A stretch of DNA of 47,977 nt. Origin: Terriglobales bacterium (lineage in GTDB: Bacteria; Acidobacteriota; Terriglobia; Terriglobales; Acidobacteriaceae). The notes under the pieces were generated by a model, which saw nothing but the letters and a program-made list of their open reading frames with translations, did no database searches and had not been told where the DNA came from. Made by a program: the position numbers and the translations under genes. Each line of letters begins with the position of its first letter. Positions within the stretch are counted from its first letter, which is position 1. The stretch covers positions 1-47,977 of the forward strand of contig DASYGR010000089.1 of NCBI GenBank assembly GCA_035999525.1, given 5' to 3'. Positions 34,965-43,794 of this stretch are shown piece after piece.

Positions 34965-36026
34965 ATGTCGGCCCCCGGTTCCCGTTTTGTCAAAGCTTGC
35001 AGATCCGAGGCAGTTGATCGGACGCCTGTGTGGTTTATGCGGCAGGCGGGGCGCTACATGGCCGAATATCGCGCCCTCCGGAAGAAATACTCTCTAATTG
35101 AAATCTGCAAGAAGCCCGAACTGGCTGCGGGAGTCACGATCACCGCGGCCGAAGCGTTGGGTGTGGATGCGGCAATTATTTTTGCCGACCTGCTGCTCCC
35201 TCTTGAAGTCATGGGCCTGCCATTCCACTTCTCCATAGGCGAAGGTCCCGTGATTGAGAAGCCGTTACGCAGCAAACGTGATATTGGGCGCCTTCAAACA
35301 AATCGAGCGGCCGATCTGGGGTATGTTTCCGAAGCCATCGCCTTGGTGTGCAAACACTTTGGAACCTCACTGCCCGTGATTGGTTTTTGCGGAGCGCCTT
35401 TCACCCTTGCCAGCTACATGATTGAAGGTGGTGGCTCCCGCAGCTATCTCAATACCAAGAACATGATGCACTCCAGTTCCGCGTGGGACGAACTCATGCA
35501 AAAACTCGTGAAGGTTGTTTCCGAATACGCGGCGCAGCAAGTGCGAGCAGGCGCGGACGCAATTCAGGTCTTCGATAGCTGGGTTGGGTGCTTAAGTGTC
35601 GAGGATTATCGCGACTACGTGTTGCCTCGCACCTCTGAACTCATTCATAAATTGCAGAGCAACGGCGTCCCTATCATTTATTTTGGAACTGACAGCACGG
35701 CCTTATTGCCTTGGATGAAGAAGACGGGGGCCGATGTGATTGGACTTGATTGGCGGGTTCCGCTTGATGAAGGATGGCGCAGTCTGGATTTTAAAGGCGC
35801 GGTGCAAGGCAATCTTGATCCAGTTCTTCTCTTTGCGGATTGGAAGTTGCTGAAGTCGCGGGCCACTGGGATTTTGGAACTGGCGGCCGGACGACCGGGA
35901 CATATTTTTAATCTTGGTCACGGCATCCTTCCCGAGACTCCCGTTGAGAACGTGAAGGCACTGACAAAATTCATTCAAGAGACGCCAGTACAGAGTCTTA
36001 GCCGGCATCCTAAGGAGTCGAAATAA
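34965..36026 (+). CDS. hemE: Uroporphyrinogen decarboxylase
   Basis: It contains the conserved DRTPVWFMRQAGRYMAEYR motif, GFCGAPFTLASYMIEGG and NLGHGI. GAGAGG lies upstream of the ATG. Confidence 0.95.
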   Translation: MSAPGSRFVKACRSEAVDRTPVWFMRQAGRYMAEYRALRKKYSLIEICKKPELAAGVTITAAEALGVDAAIIFADLLLPLEVMGLPFHFSIGEGPVIEKPLRSKRDIGRLQTNRAADLGYVSEAIALVCKHFGTSLPVIGFCGAPFTLASYMIEGGGSRSYLNTKNMMHSSSAWDELMQKLVKVVSEYAAQQVRAGADAIQVFDSWVGCLSVEDYRDYVLPRTSELIHKLQSNGVPIIYFGTDSTALLPWMKKTGADVIGLDWRVPLDEGWRSLDFKGAVQGNLDPVLLFADWKLLKSRATGILELAAGRPGHIFNLGHGILPETPVENVKALTKFIQETPVQSLSRHPKESK

Positions 36027-36027
36027 T

Positions 36028-36972
36028 TTGTCGTCTTCAAAACAAAAGGCTGTGATGCTTCTAGCTCATGGAAGCCCGGATTCGGTGGAAGACGTTCCGG
36101 AATTCCTACTGCAAGTGACGCGCGGGCGGGCGCTCCCGCCCGAGGTGGTCGAGGAAGTAAAGCACAGGTACGAATTGATAGGACGCTCTCCCCTGACTGA
36201 GCTGACTATGCGGCAAGCGGAACTGCTATCGGCTGAAGTCGATCTGCGGGTGTATGTGGGAATGCGAAACTGGAAGCCTTTCATTGCCGACACGCTGAAG
36301 GGAATGGCGAAAGACGGTGTTGAACACGCCATCGTGATCTGCCTGGCGCCCCAGAATTCCCGCACCAGCGTGGGCTTGTATCGCTCCGCGCTCGGTCTTG
36401 AAAGCGATCTTCCGTTTAGCGTGGACTTTGTCGAATCCTGGCACGATCATCCTTTGCTCGTCAAAGCCTTCGCGGAAAAACTTTCAGCAGGATTGGCGAA
36501 GGCTCGCGCGGAAAACGGAAGCAGTGTTCCGGTGATCTTCACGGCGCACAGCGTACCGAAGCGCACCATTCTCGAAGGCGATCCCTACGAGCAACAAGCG
36601 AAAGAAACTGCGGAGTTGGTTGCAGCCGAAGCCTCGCTTGCTCGAGAAGATTGGGCATTCGCATTTCAGAGCCAGGGAATGTCAGGCGGCCCGTGGCTCG
36701 GGCCAACGGTTGAAGAATGCATACTCGCACTGAAGGCTCGCGGCCATAGCGGAGTATTTGTTCAGCCCATCGGGTTTCTGTGTGATCACGTAGAAGTTTT
36801 ATTCGACATTGATATCGCGTTCAGAAAGTTTGCGGATGCCGAAGGCATGCCGCTTTGGCGCGCGGGATCTTTGAACGAATCGCCGTTATTGACGGTATCT
36901 CTTGCGGAAATGGTACGGTCGCGCATTGCAAATGCAGCGAACCGCCTCTCCGCTTTCATCCCAGCAAACTGA
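36028..36972 (+). CDS. hemH: Ferrochelatase (proto- or coproporphyrin ferrochelatase)
   Basis: It contains LLAHGSP, FTAHSVP and FLCDHVEVLFDID. The TTG start at 36028 lies 10 nt after AAGGAG and 1 nt after the hemE stop. Confidence 0.9.
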   Translation: MSSSKQKAVMLLAHGSPDSVEDVPEFLLQVTRGRALPPEVVEEVKHRYELIGRSPLTELTMRQAELLSAEVDLRVYVGMRNWKPFIADTLKGMAKDGVEHAIVICLAPQNSRTSVGLYRSALGLESDLPFSVDFVESWHDHPLLVKAFAEKLSAGLAKARAENGSSVPVIFTAHSVPKRTILEGDPYEQQAKETAELVAAEASLAREDWAFAFQSQGMSGGPWLGPTVEECILALKARGHSGVFVQPIGFLCDHVEVLFDIDIAFRKFADAEGMPLWRAGSLNESPLLTVSLAEMVRSRIANAANRLSAFIPAN

Positions 36973-37001
36973 TACTTCATTTCGAAACTCCGTTCAAAAC
37001 A

Positions 37002-38420
37002 ATGAAGCGCATTGCGATTATCGGCGGCGGGATTTCGGGGCTGTCTGCGGCTTTTACTCTGGAACGACAGCGACAGGCGGGACTGCCGCTCGAATTTGTG
37101 TTGTTTGAAACAAGTCCTCGTTTTGGGGGAGTGATTCTTACCGAGCGCATGGAGAATTGCACGGTCGAAGCTGGCCCCGATTCGTTTCTGACAGAGAAGC
37201 CATGGGCTTCTGAACTGTGCCAGGAACTTGGGATAGCCGATCAATTGATTGGATCGAATGACTTCCAACGGCGAACTTACATTTCAGTCAACGGAAAATT
37301 GATTCCAATACCCGACGGGCTCGCCTTTATGGTTCCCACCAAGCTGATGCCTGCTGCTCTTTCACCATTATTTTCTCTCCGCACAAAAATCAGAATGGCT
37401 AGGGAATGGTTCTACCGCCCGGGTGAAATTGGTGCCGACGAGAGTGTTGGTTCGTTTGTAAAACGCCATTACGGTGAGGAAATGGTCGAGCGTTTAGCCG
37501 ATCCGCTTCTTTCGGGGATATATGGAGGAGATGCGAGCGACCTCAGTTTGCGGGCCGTGCTGCCCCGTTTTGCGGACATGCAGGCGCGCAATGGCAGCCT
37601 GGGCAAAACGCTGATCGCAAATCGCAAAGAAGCAATGAACACGGTCGCGCGTCCCGTGTTTACAACGCTGAAAGACGGAATGCGGCAACTGGTTAGCACG
37701 ATCTTAAGTCACCTTTCCGCATCGCGTGTCCGTTCCAACAACGAAATCCGGTCACTGCAAGCGCGAGAGCGTGGATGGTTGGTCTCATCAAACGCGAATG
37801 TTGAGAATTTTGATGGGGTAATCATAACAATTCCGACGCACGCCGCGGCGAGACTTCTGGAGGATTCCCATCCGAAACTTGCGTCCGAGTTGCGGGACAT
37901 TCGCTATAGTTCCTCGGTCACGGTATCTCTTGTCTACGATGAAAAGGTCCGCGCAAATTTGCCTGAGGGCTTTGGATATCTGGTACCTCGGGCTGAGGGC
38001 AAAAGAGTTTTGGCCGCGACTTTTGTGCACAATAAATTCCCTAATCGCGCACCTGACGACCGCGCGTTGATCCGTTGTTTTTTGGGGGGAACTCGAGACG
38101 AGACGGTTCTCGATTTATCGGAGGATGAAATTTTAGGCATCATCCGGGCAGAACTCCGTCAGACTCTCCGCATTGAAGCCGAACCGCTTTTTGCGCGCGT
38201 TTATAAATGGAAAGCGGCAATGGCGCAATACAATGTCGGCCATCTCGAAAGGTTAGAACGGATCGAACGACTGCGCCTGAATGCTCCAGGCTTGTTCCTA
38301 GCGGGAAACGCCTACAAAGGCATCGGCATTCCTGACTGCGTACGTTCGGGCAAGGAGGCGGCGAGCCAAGCCATCGAGGCAGTGGGACTGGGTGATTTCA
38401 AGACTGTTGCAACTTCATAA
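37002..38420 (+). CDS. hemY: HemY-type FAD-dependent protoporphyrinogen/coproporphyrinogen III oxidase
   Basis: MKRIAIIGGGISGLSAAF is the dinucleotide-binding motif. The length and ...FLAGNAYKGIGIPDCV... are typical of HemY/PPOX. The track ORF start at 36855 overlaps hemH and is rejected. Confidence 0.9.
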   Translation: MKRIAIIGGGISGLSAAFTLERQRQAGLPLEFVLFETSPRFGGVILTERMENCTVEAGPDSFLTEKPWASELCQELGIADQLIGSNDFQRRTYISVNGKLIPIPDGLAFMVPTKLMPAALSPLFSLRTKIRMAREWFYRPGEIGADESVGSFVKRHYGEEMVERLADPLLSGIYGGDASDLSLRAVLPRFADMQARNGSLGKTLIANRKEAMNTVARPVFTTLKDGMRQLVSTILSHLSASRVRSNNEIRSLQARERGWLVSSNANVENFDGVIITIPTHAAARLLEDSHPKLASELRDIRYSSSVTVSLVYDEKVRANLPEGFGYLVPRAEGKRVLAATFVHNKFPNRAPDDRALIRCFLGGTRDETVLDLSEDEILGIIRAELRQTLRIEAEPLFARVYKWKAAMAQYNVGHLERLERIERLRLNAPGLFLAGNAYKGIGIPDCVRSGKEAASQAIEAVGLGDFKTVATS

Positions 38421-38540
38421 ACTTTCGCGAAATTCTCAGATCCGTTACCTTGCGGTCGCTACCGTAATCTGTAGTAACTTTCTAGGATTGCCAGAACTAG
38501 TTGGATCGCTCAGGGTTCTACAAGACGGGAGATCACTTTC

Positions 38541-39353
38541 ATGAAACCGGCCATGACAACACTTGCATCGGTCCTGATGTTCGTCCTGTTGGGCTTGTGC
38601 CCGGCGGGGGCGCAGCAACAAGCCTCCCATGGCTCAGGCGATATGTCGAATACGGATATGTCGTCTCACGATATGTCGCATAACAATTCGGCCATGCCGG
38701 GGATGGCGGACACGAACAACGATGGAAGCGCATCCGCGATGCATGCGATGGAAGGCCACATGGACATGGGTCCACACATGGCAATGACGGCATTGCGCAA
38801 ACCGCAACCGGGCGATAAAGAAAGAGCCGACCAAATTGTGGAGGCAGCACGCAAGGTCGCCGAAAAGTATCGGGACTACAAACTTGCTCTGGCTGATGGG
38901 TTTAAGATTTTTTTACCCAACGTCCCGCAAAAGCAATATCACTTCACTAATTATTCATACGCCTTTGAAGCGAGAATGCGTTTCAATCCTGATCATCCAA
39001 CTTCATTGCTCTACCAAAAGAACGGCGACGGCTACAAGTTGATTGGAGTTATGTATACGGCTGCCAAGGACGCCAGTGAGGATGAGCTTGATTCACGCGT
39101 TCCTTTGAGCATTGCGCAATGGCACCGGCACGTCAATTTGTGTATGCCCCCGGCGGACAAGAAGAGCGAGGCAATTGGTCCGAATGCGAAGTTCGGATTG
39201 GCCGGATCTATTGCGTCCCAGGATGCCTGTGACGCCGCAGGCGGGAAATTTATTCCCCAAATTTTCGGATGGATGGTACATGTGTATCCATTCGAAAAAA
39301 ATCCAGAAGACGTGTGGTCGGTTGAGCGCCAGGCTCCCGGTCATATGGATTGA
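38541..39353 (+). CDS. Secreted protein with a Met/His-rich N-terminal region (putative metal, possibly Cu(I), binding)
   Basis: The signal peptide is MKPAMTTLASVLMFVLLGLCPAGA. Residues 30-82 hold 11 Met and 6 His (DMSNTDMSSHDMSHNNSAMPGM...AMHAMEGHMDMGPHMAM). A globular domain that I do not recognise follows. Confidence 0.65.
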   Translation: MKPAMTTLASVLMFVLLGLCPAGAQQQASHGSGDMSNTDMSSHDMSHNNSAMPGMADTNNDGSASAMHAMEGHMDMGPHMAMTALRKPQPGDKERADQIVEAARKVAEKYRDYKLALADGFKIFLPNVPQKQYHFTNYSYAFEARMRFNPDHPTSLLYQKNGDGYKLIGVMYTAAKDASEDELDSRVPLSIAQWHRHVNLCMPPADKKSEAIGPNAKFGLAGSIASQDACDAAGGKFIPQIFGWMVHVYPFEKNPEDVWSVERQAPGHMD

Positions 39354-39419
39354 TTCATTACTCTACGAACCATTTCCCGCAGCAGATGAAGTGTCACGCC
39401 CGTGTAGAATCGCCACTTG

Positions 39420-41099
39420 ATGGCGAATTCCTCTGAAGCTCTTGAACCAGGGCAAACCGGCGGGCTCTGGCAACGTATGCTGCGTCAGCTTCGCCCATCT
39501 CATCAGCACACCGCCTTTTCCGCCACCCTGCTCTTGATGACCACGGTATTGCTGTCGCGCCTCATCGGCTATGTGCGCGAGCTTTATGTAGCGTGGACTT
39601 TCGGAGCGGGAGTGCAGACGGACGCATTCTATGCCGGATTTACCATCCCAGACTTCTTAATGTACCTGGTCGCGGGTGGCGCAACATCCATCACGTTCAT
39701 TTCTATATACACGCGGTTTTTAACCGAGGACAAACAGCAAGATGCGCACGAGGCCTTTTCCGTCGTCATCACGGTCATGACGGCGATCCTGGGCGCTGGG
39801 GTCGTCTTGACGGAAATTTTTACGCCGCAAATCACTCACTGGTGGTTCGACAAATTCAATGCTGAGCAACTCCGGCTCTGTGTGCACATTACCCGGATTA
39901 TTTTGCCGACCCAGATATTCTTCTACATTGGCGGCGTGCTCTCGGCAGTTTTGTACTCTCGGCGACTTTTTCTGCTGCCCTCGCTGGGTCCCATACTGTA
40001 CAACGCGTTCATCATTGCAGGCGGAGTGTTGCTTTCGCGACGGATCGGTGCGTCGTCCCTGGCCTACGGCGCATTGGCTGGCGCGTTCTTCGGGCAGTTC
40101 GTACTTTACGCAATTGGCGCGGCGCGCACGGGAGCGCGCTACAGGATTTCTTTTGATGTGCACAATCCGGCATTTCGCGAATGGGTGCGGCTATCGGTGC
40201 CGCTGATGCTCGGACTCTCACTTGTTACCGTGGATGACTGGTTCATTCGCCGCTTTGCTTCAGGGGGCATCGGAGAGATCGCACGCTTGAGTTTCGCTAA
40301 GAAACTTTTCAATGTGCCGATCGCCATTCTGGGACAGGCAGTCAGCCAGGCTTCTTTACCTTTTTTTGCGCGGCTATTTAACGAGAAGCGGCTTCAGGAA
40401 CTGACCGACATCGTGAACGGCGCTGTGTATCGGACGGTGGCCATCTCGCTACTCGCGACAAGTTTCATGACGGCGGCGGCTCTCCCGCTTATTGATCTCG
40501 CTTACCGCCATGGCAGCTTCAATTTTTCCGATAGCAAAGAAACAGCGGTTTATTTTTTCTGGTTTTCCTTGTCACTGGTCTTCTGGTCGGCACAGGGATT
40601 GTATGCACGCGCATTTTATGCGGCCGGCAATACGCTGACGCCAATGGTCGCAAGCACGCTTATCACAATAGCTTCCTATCCCATGTACGCCGCACTTTAT
40701 CACAAGTATTCAGTTGTCGGTCTTGCGATCGCTTCCGATCTGGGCATCACCGCCAACTGTCTGGCTATGGCCATCTTGCTGAACCACCGTAAATTGATTC
40801 CGATCGCGCAATTGCCCTGGAGGGAATTAGGAAAGGCAACCATAACTGCGGTCATCGCGGGGATTTTGAGCTTTCAAATGGCTCGCACCGTGAGAATCAC
40901 TGGCAGCCGAGTCGCCGACGTTCGGGCAGTGGGTTTAATACTTGTCACCTGGGCGGGAGCAGTCGCGGCGGGTCTTTGGATCACTAGATCGAAATTGCTT
41001 CAGGAGCTGCGGCGGCGAAAAGGACCGATTTATCCCCGAGTAGCCGAACGACAACCGGAGAATCCAGTGGGGGCCTCGAACCATAGCGCCAAGTTGTGA
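39420..41099 (+). CDS. murJ: Lipid II flippase MurJ (MviN, MOP superfamily)
   Basis: About 14 TM segments are present. The N-terminus ...TLLLMTTVLLSRLIGYVRELYVAWTFGAGVQTDAFYAGFTIPDFL is the conserved MurJ signature. The start is TTG 39417 or ATG 39420. Confidence 0.9.
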   Translation: MANSSEALEPGQTGGLWQRMLRQLRPSHQHTAFSATLLLMTTVLLSRLIGYVRELYVAWTFGAGVQTDAFYAGFTIPDFLMYLVAGGATSITFISIYTRFLTEDKQQDAHEAFSVVITVMTAILGAGVVLTEIFTPQITHWWFDKFNAEQLRLCVHITRIILPTQIFFYIGGVLSAVLYSRRLFLLPSLGPILYNAFIIAGGVLLSRRIGASSLAYGALAGAFFGQFVLYAIGAARTGARYRISFDVHNPAFREWVRLSVPLMLGLSLVTVDDWFIRRFASGGIGEIARLSFAKKLFNVPIAILGQAVSQASLPFFARLFNEKRLQELTDIVNGAVYRTVAISLLATSFMTAAALPLIDLAYRHGSFNFSDSKETAVYFFWFSLSLVFWSAQGLYARAFYAAGNTLTPMVASTLITIASYPMYAALYHKYSVVGLAIASDLGITANCLAMAILLNHRKLIPIAQLPWRELGKATITAVIAGILSFQMARTVRITGSRVADVRAVGLILVTWAGAVAAGLWITRSKLLQELRRRKGPIYPRVAERQPENPVGASNHSAKL

Positions 41100-41107
41100 A
41101 GGGGACC

Positions 41108-43579
41108 CTACTGAGGTTCAAGGACGTCGTCCAACGTTACTTTCCCGCCGCGCGTTACCGTAACCACGTGATGAGCTGTCTTGTAGCCTGACAGAGTCAT
41201 GTCAACTACGTAAGTTCCGGGATTGAGATAAAAATCTACCGGCGAAAGTTTTTCCAGAAGCCGGCTGTTGACCGCGATTTGTGCGCCTTTAGGCTGAACC
41301 TTGATGCTGACGATTCCCATGCCAATGGGATCGTTGCTGCCGAAAAACTTCTTTATTTTTCCGACAGTTCTAATGTTGTCGGTATCGCCGAGCGCGATCA
41401 GGGTGGGCGAGTAATGAAAGGTCTGTCCAGGGGCCAGATTTGCGGTCGTGGTTTCATCCAGGTAGCCTGGCTTTTTCACAAGGAGAGTATGGCTGCCAGG
41501 CCTATCCAGCGAGATTTGGGCCGGGGTCACATGTCCGGTGTCTTTGCCGTCCACGAAGATGGAAGCGCCAACTGGAGCGCTCACAAAGAAGACCGTTGAT
41601 GGCAGCTGGTTGAAGTGAACCATAACCGTGGACTTGCCGCCGGAAATAGCATCTATGGTCCGAATTTCTGGAGCAAAACCGGCTTTGCTGATGTAAACAG
41701 TGTGTTGGCCCGGCGGCAGTCCCGAAATGTTGTACGGGGTTATCCAGCTCGGATCGCCTCGGCCATCAATTTGGATCTGTCCTCCGGCGGGGTTGGAATT
41801 CACCATTAACTGCGCCGGGATAACAACGGGCAACGGCTGGGGCGCTTCAACTTTTGCCTTGGCTTTCTTTTTCGCCGCAAACTTGCCTTTTACTGAAACA
41901 TCCGATGAGTCGTTGCTCGGCGACTCAGAAGCAATCGGTAACTGCATTGTTGATTGACGCACAGGCGAGCTCTGGCTGTTACTCGTGGTTGTGGATGCAC
42001 TGGCAACAGAGGATTCAATAGCTGTCCGAGACGTGCTCTGATCATCCGCACTGTCAGAGCGAATCCGAAGGGCAATGATGGCTGAAATTACCAAAATGAC
42101 GGCGACTGCTGCCCCGATCGAGTACAGGAACATCTTCGGCGGAGTCTTTTTAATCTCTACGACAGCTTTTCTTGCTATCTCCCGGACAGGCAGCGCCGCC
42201 GGAGCAGTTTCAGATTTCGCATAAGCACGCGCTGATGGCTCATCCAGCAATATATCCTCGCTACCGCTTGAGGACGCCGGTAGCGGAGGCGGAGGTGAGA
42301 CATACACTTCTTTCAGCGGCGGCAGCTCATCAATTTCCGAGAAGCTGCGGCTCGGAGTGACGCCAGCCTTCCTGCTTTCATCCATCATCGGATCCACAGC
42401 AATTTTCGGCGCCTTAACCTCAGGTTCGAGAGTAGCTGTCGACATTTTCGCCTCAGGTTTTATGACGGCGTCAATGGAGGCTTTGATACAGGTACTGATA
42501 AATTGCTGCGAAGAATCCATCGTTGCCGCCTTCAGAGACTGAAGGGTAGGCGCTGCTGTTTGCGGTGTACCTGCACCTGCGGCTGCAGCGGCCGTCCGGG
42601 CATTTGCAGGAGCCTGGACTTCCACCCGGGGAGCAATTGAAGGAGCACTCTGTGCCTCGCGCTTTTGCTGTGGTTCGGTGGCCACCGGAGCGGGCGGTCT
42701 GCCCTGCGAGGCTTTGACGGCTGCGGCGGGTTGCATCGTCTTGTTGGCCGCTACTGTCTTTACCGGATTGTTCTTGCACTTTTCGAGGTCATTGATGAGT
42801 TCCTGGCCCGATTGATATCGGTCAGATGGGACCTTGGCCAGCGACTTCATGATCACGTCACTCAGAGCCGGATCAATTTTGGGATTAATTTCGCAGGGCG
42901 GTGCAGGCATCATCTCCAGCACCGATTGCTGCACTTGATCCGGATCTTCGCCGTTAAAGGCTTTCTGCTGGGTGACCATCTCATACACGATCGCGCCCAG
43001 ACTGAATAGATTCGAGCTTGCGTCGAGCGGTTGACCCTGGATCTGCTCGGGAGACATGTAATGAAGAATCTTGGGGATGCCCGGACAAAATTCAGCCGCA
43101 GAAACCCCCATCATCGAAACTCCGAACCCAAGCATCTTGACGATGCCGTCCCACTGAACCATCACTTTTCCCGGTTCGAGACTGTAGTGAAGAACTTTGT
43201 TTACCCGCGCATGGTCCAGGCCTTGGCAACATTGACGCGCAATGTCCTGAACATCCCAAATCGAAAAAACCTCTTTCCTCTCCAGCATGGTTTCGATGCT
43301 GTTACCCTGCACGTATTCCATGGTGGCGCAGAACTTGCCCTCAATCTCGCCGGCTCCAAAAAGCATTGCGATGTTATGGGTATTGAGAAGTTTTGAACTT
43401 TCGGCTTCTTCAAGAATGCGCTTTACGACCGGCGCAGCGTTCGCTCCGAAAGGCTTCAAATCCACGACTTTCAAGGCGACGATCTGTCCACCCACGGAAT
43501 CGCAAGCTTTGTTCACCGATCCGGTGAAGGAGCGCGAAATTTCAGCTTGAATTTCGAAGCGACCAATTTTAGTGGACAT
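41108..43579 (-). CDS. Ser/Thr-kinase-like protein with degenerate catalytic motifs (predicted pseudokinase), one TM segment and three C-terminal PEGA domains
   Basis: The kinase fold is recognisable from VALKV, YMSPEQ, SLGAIVYEM and PSDRY. However it has HYSLEPGK instead of HRDLKPxN and GFG instead of DFG. After a Pro/Ala-rich linker and a TM segment (LYSIGAAVAVILVISAIIAL) come three units of the type V.S.P.GA.I.vDG...G.TP......pG.H.v...k.GY. Confidence 0.85.
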   Translation of the reverse strand: MSTKIGRFEIQAEISRSFTGSVNKACDSVGGQIVALKVVDLKPFGANAAPVVKRILEEAESSKLLNTHNIAMLFGAGEIEGKFCATMEYVQGNSIETMLERKEVFSIWDVQDIARQCCQGLDHARVNKVLHYSLEPGKVMVQWDGIVKMLGFGVSMMGVSAAEFCPGIPKILHYMSPEQIQGQPLDASSNLFSLGAIVYEMVTQQKAFNGEDPDQVQQSVLEMMPAPPCEINPKIDPALSDVIMKSLAKVPSDRYQSGQELINDLEKCKNNPVKTVAANKTMQPAAAVKASQGRPPAPVATEPQQKREAQSAPSIAPRVEVQAPANARTAAAAAGAGTPQTAAPTLQSLKAATMDSSQQFISTCIKASIDAVIKPEAKMSTATLEPEVKAPKIAVDPMMDESRKAGVTPSRSFSEIDELPPLKEVYVSPPPPLPASSSGSEDILLDEPSARAYAKSETAPAALPVREIARKAVVEIKKTPPKMFLYSIGAAVAVILVISAIIALRIRSDSADDQSTSRTAIESSVASASTTTSNSQSSPVRQSTMQLPIASESPSNDSSDVSVKGKFAAKKKAKAKVEAPQPLPVVIPAQLMVNSNPAGGQIQIDGRGDPSWITPYNISGLPPGQHTVYISKAGFAPEIRTIDAISGGKSTVMVHFNQLPSTVFFVSAPVGASIFVDGKDTGHVTPAQISLDRPGSHTLLVKKPGYLDETTTANLAPGQTFHYSPTLIALGDTDNIRTVGKIKKFFGSNDPIGMGIVSIKVQPKGAQIAVNSRLLEKLSPVDFYLNPGTYVVDMTLSGYKTAHHVVTVTRGGKVTLDDVLEPQ

Positions 43580-43794
43580 TTTCTTCGAGCCTCGTGCAAG
43601 AACGTCGTCGCATTAAAACGCAGGACTACAACTGTGAGGAGGAGTACAGCTAGGATAATGCGGAGTAACAAATCAAGGGAGTTACGAAAGTGACTCAACC
43701 AGCGAGGCGGGGTTACGTTAGAAACCACACCAGTTAACGCGAGACAATCCGAAGGTCGGCGACAGGGTCAGGTTCAGCGTAGTTCAGGCAGGTC

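Noticed and set aside
36439-36457. TGGCAC ... TTGC resembling a sigma-54 -24/-12 promoter.
   Set aside because: The GG-to-GC spacing is about 14 nt instead of 10, and the site lies inside the hemH coding sequence.
1304-37001. N-terminal extensions of track ORFs starting at 1304, 3132, 4958, 14433, 16592, 31090 and 36855, and ending at 30556 on the minus strand.
   Set aside because: Internal ATGs give canonical signal peptides or conserved N-termini, usually with a Shine-Dalgarno. The longer versions overlap the upstream genes.
43513-43728. 71-aa minus-strand ORF with a hydrophobic stretch in the kinase-pseudokinase spacer.
   Set aside because: It overlaps the first 67 nt of the pseudokinase gene in another frame. 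It has no ribosome-binding site and is low-complexity Leu/Val. It is likely spurious.
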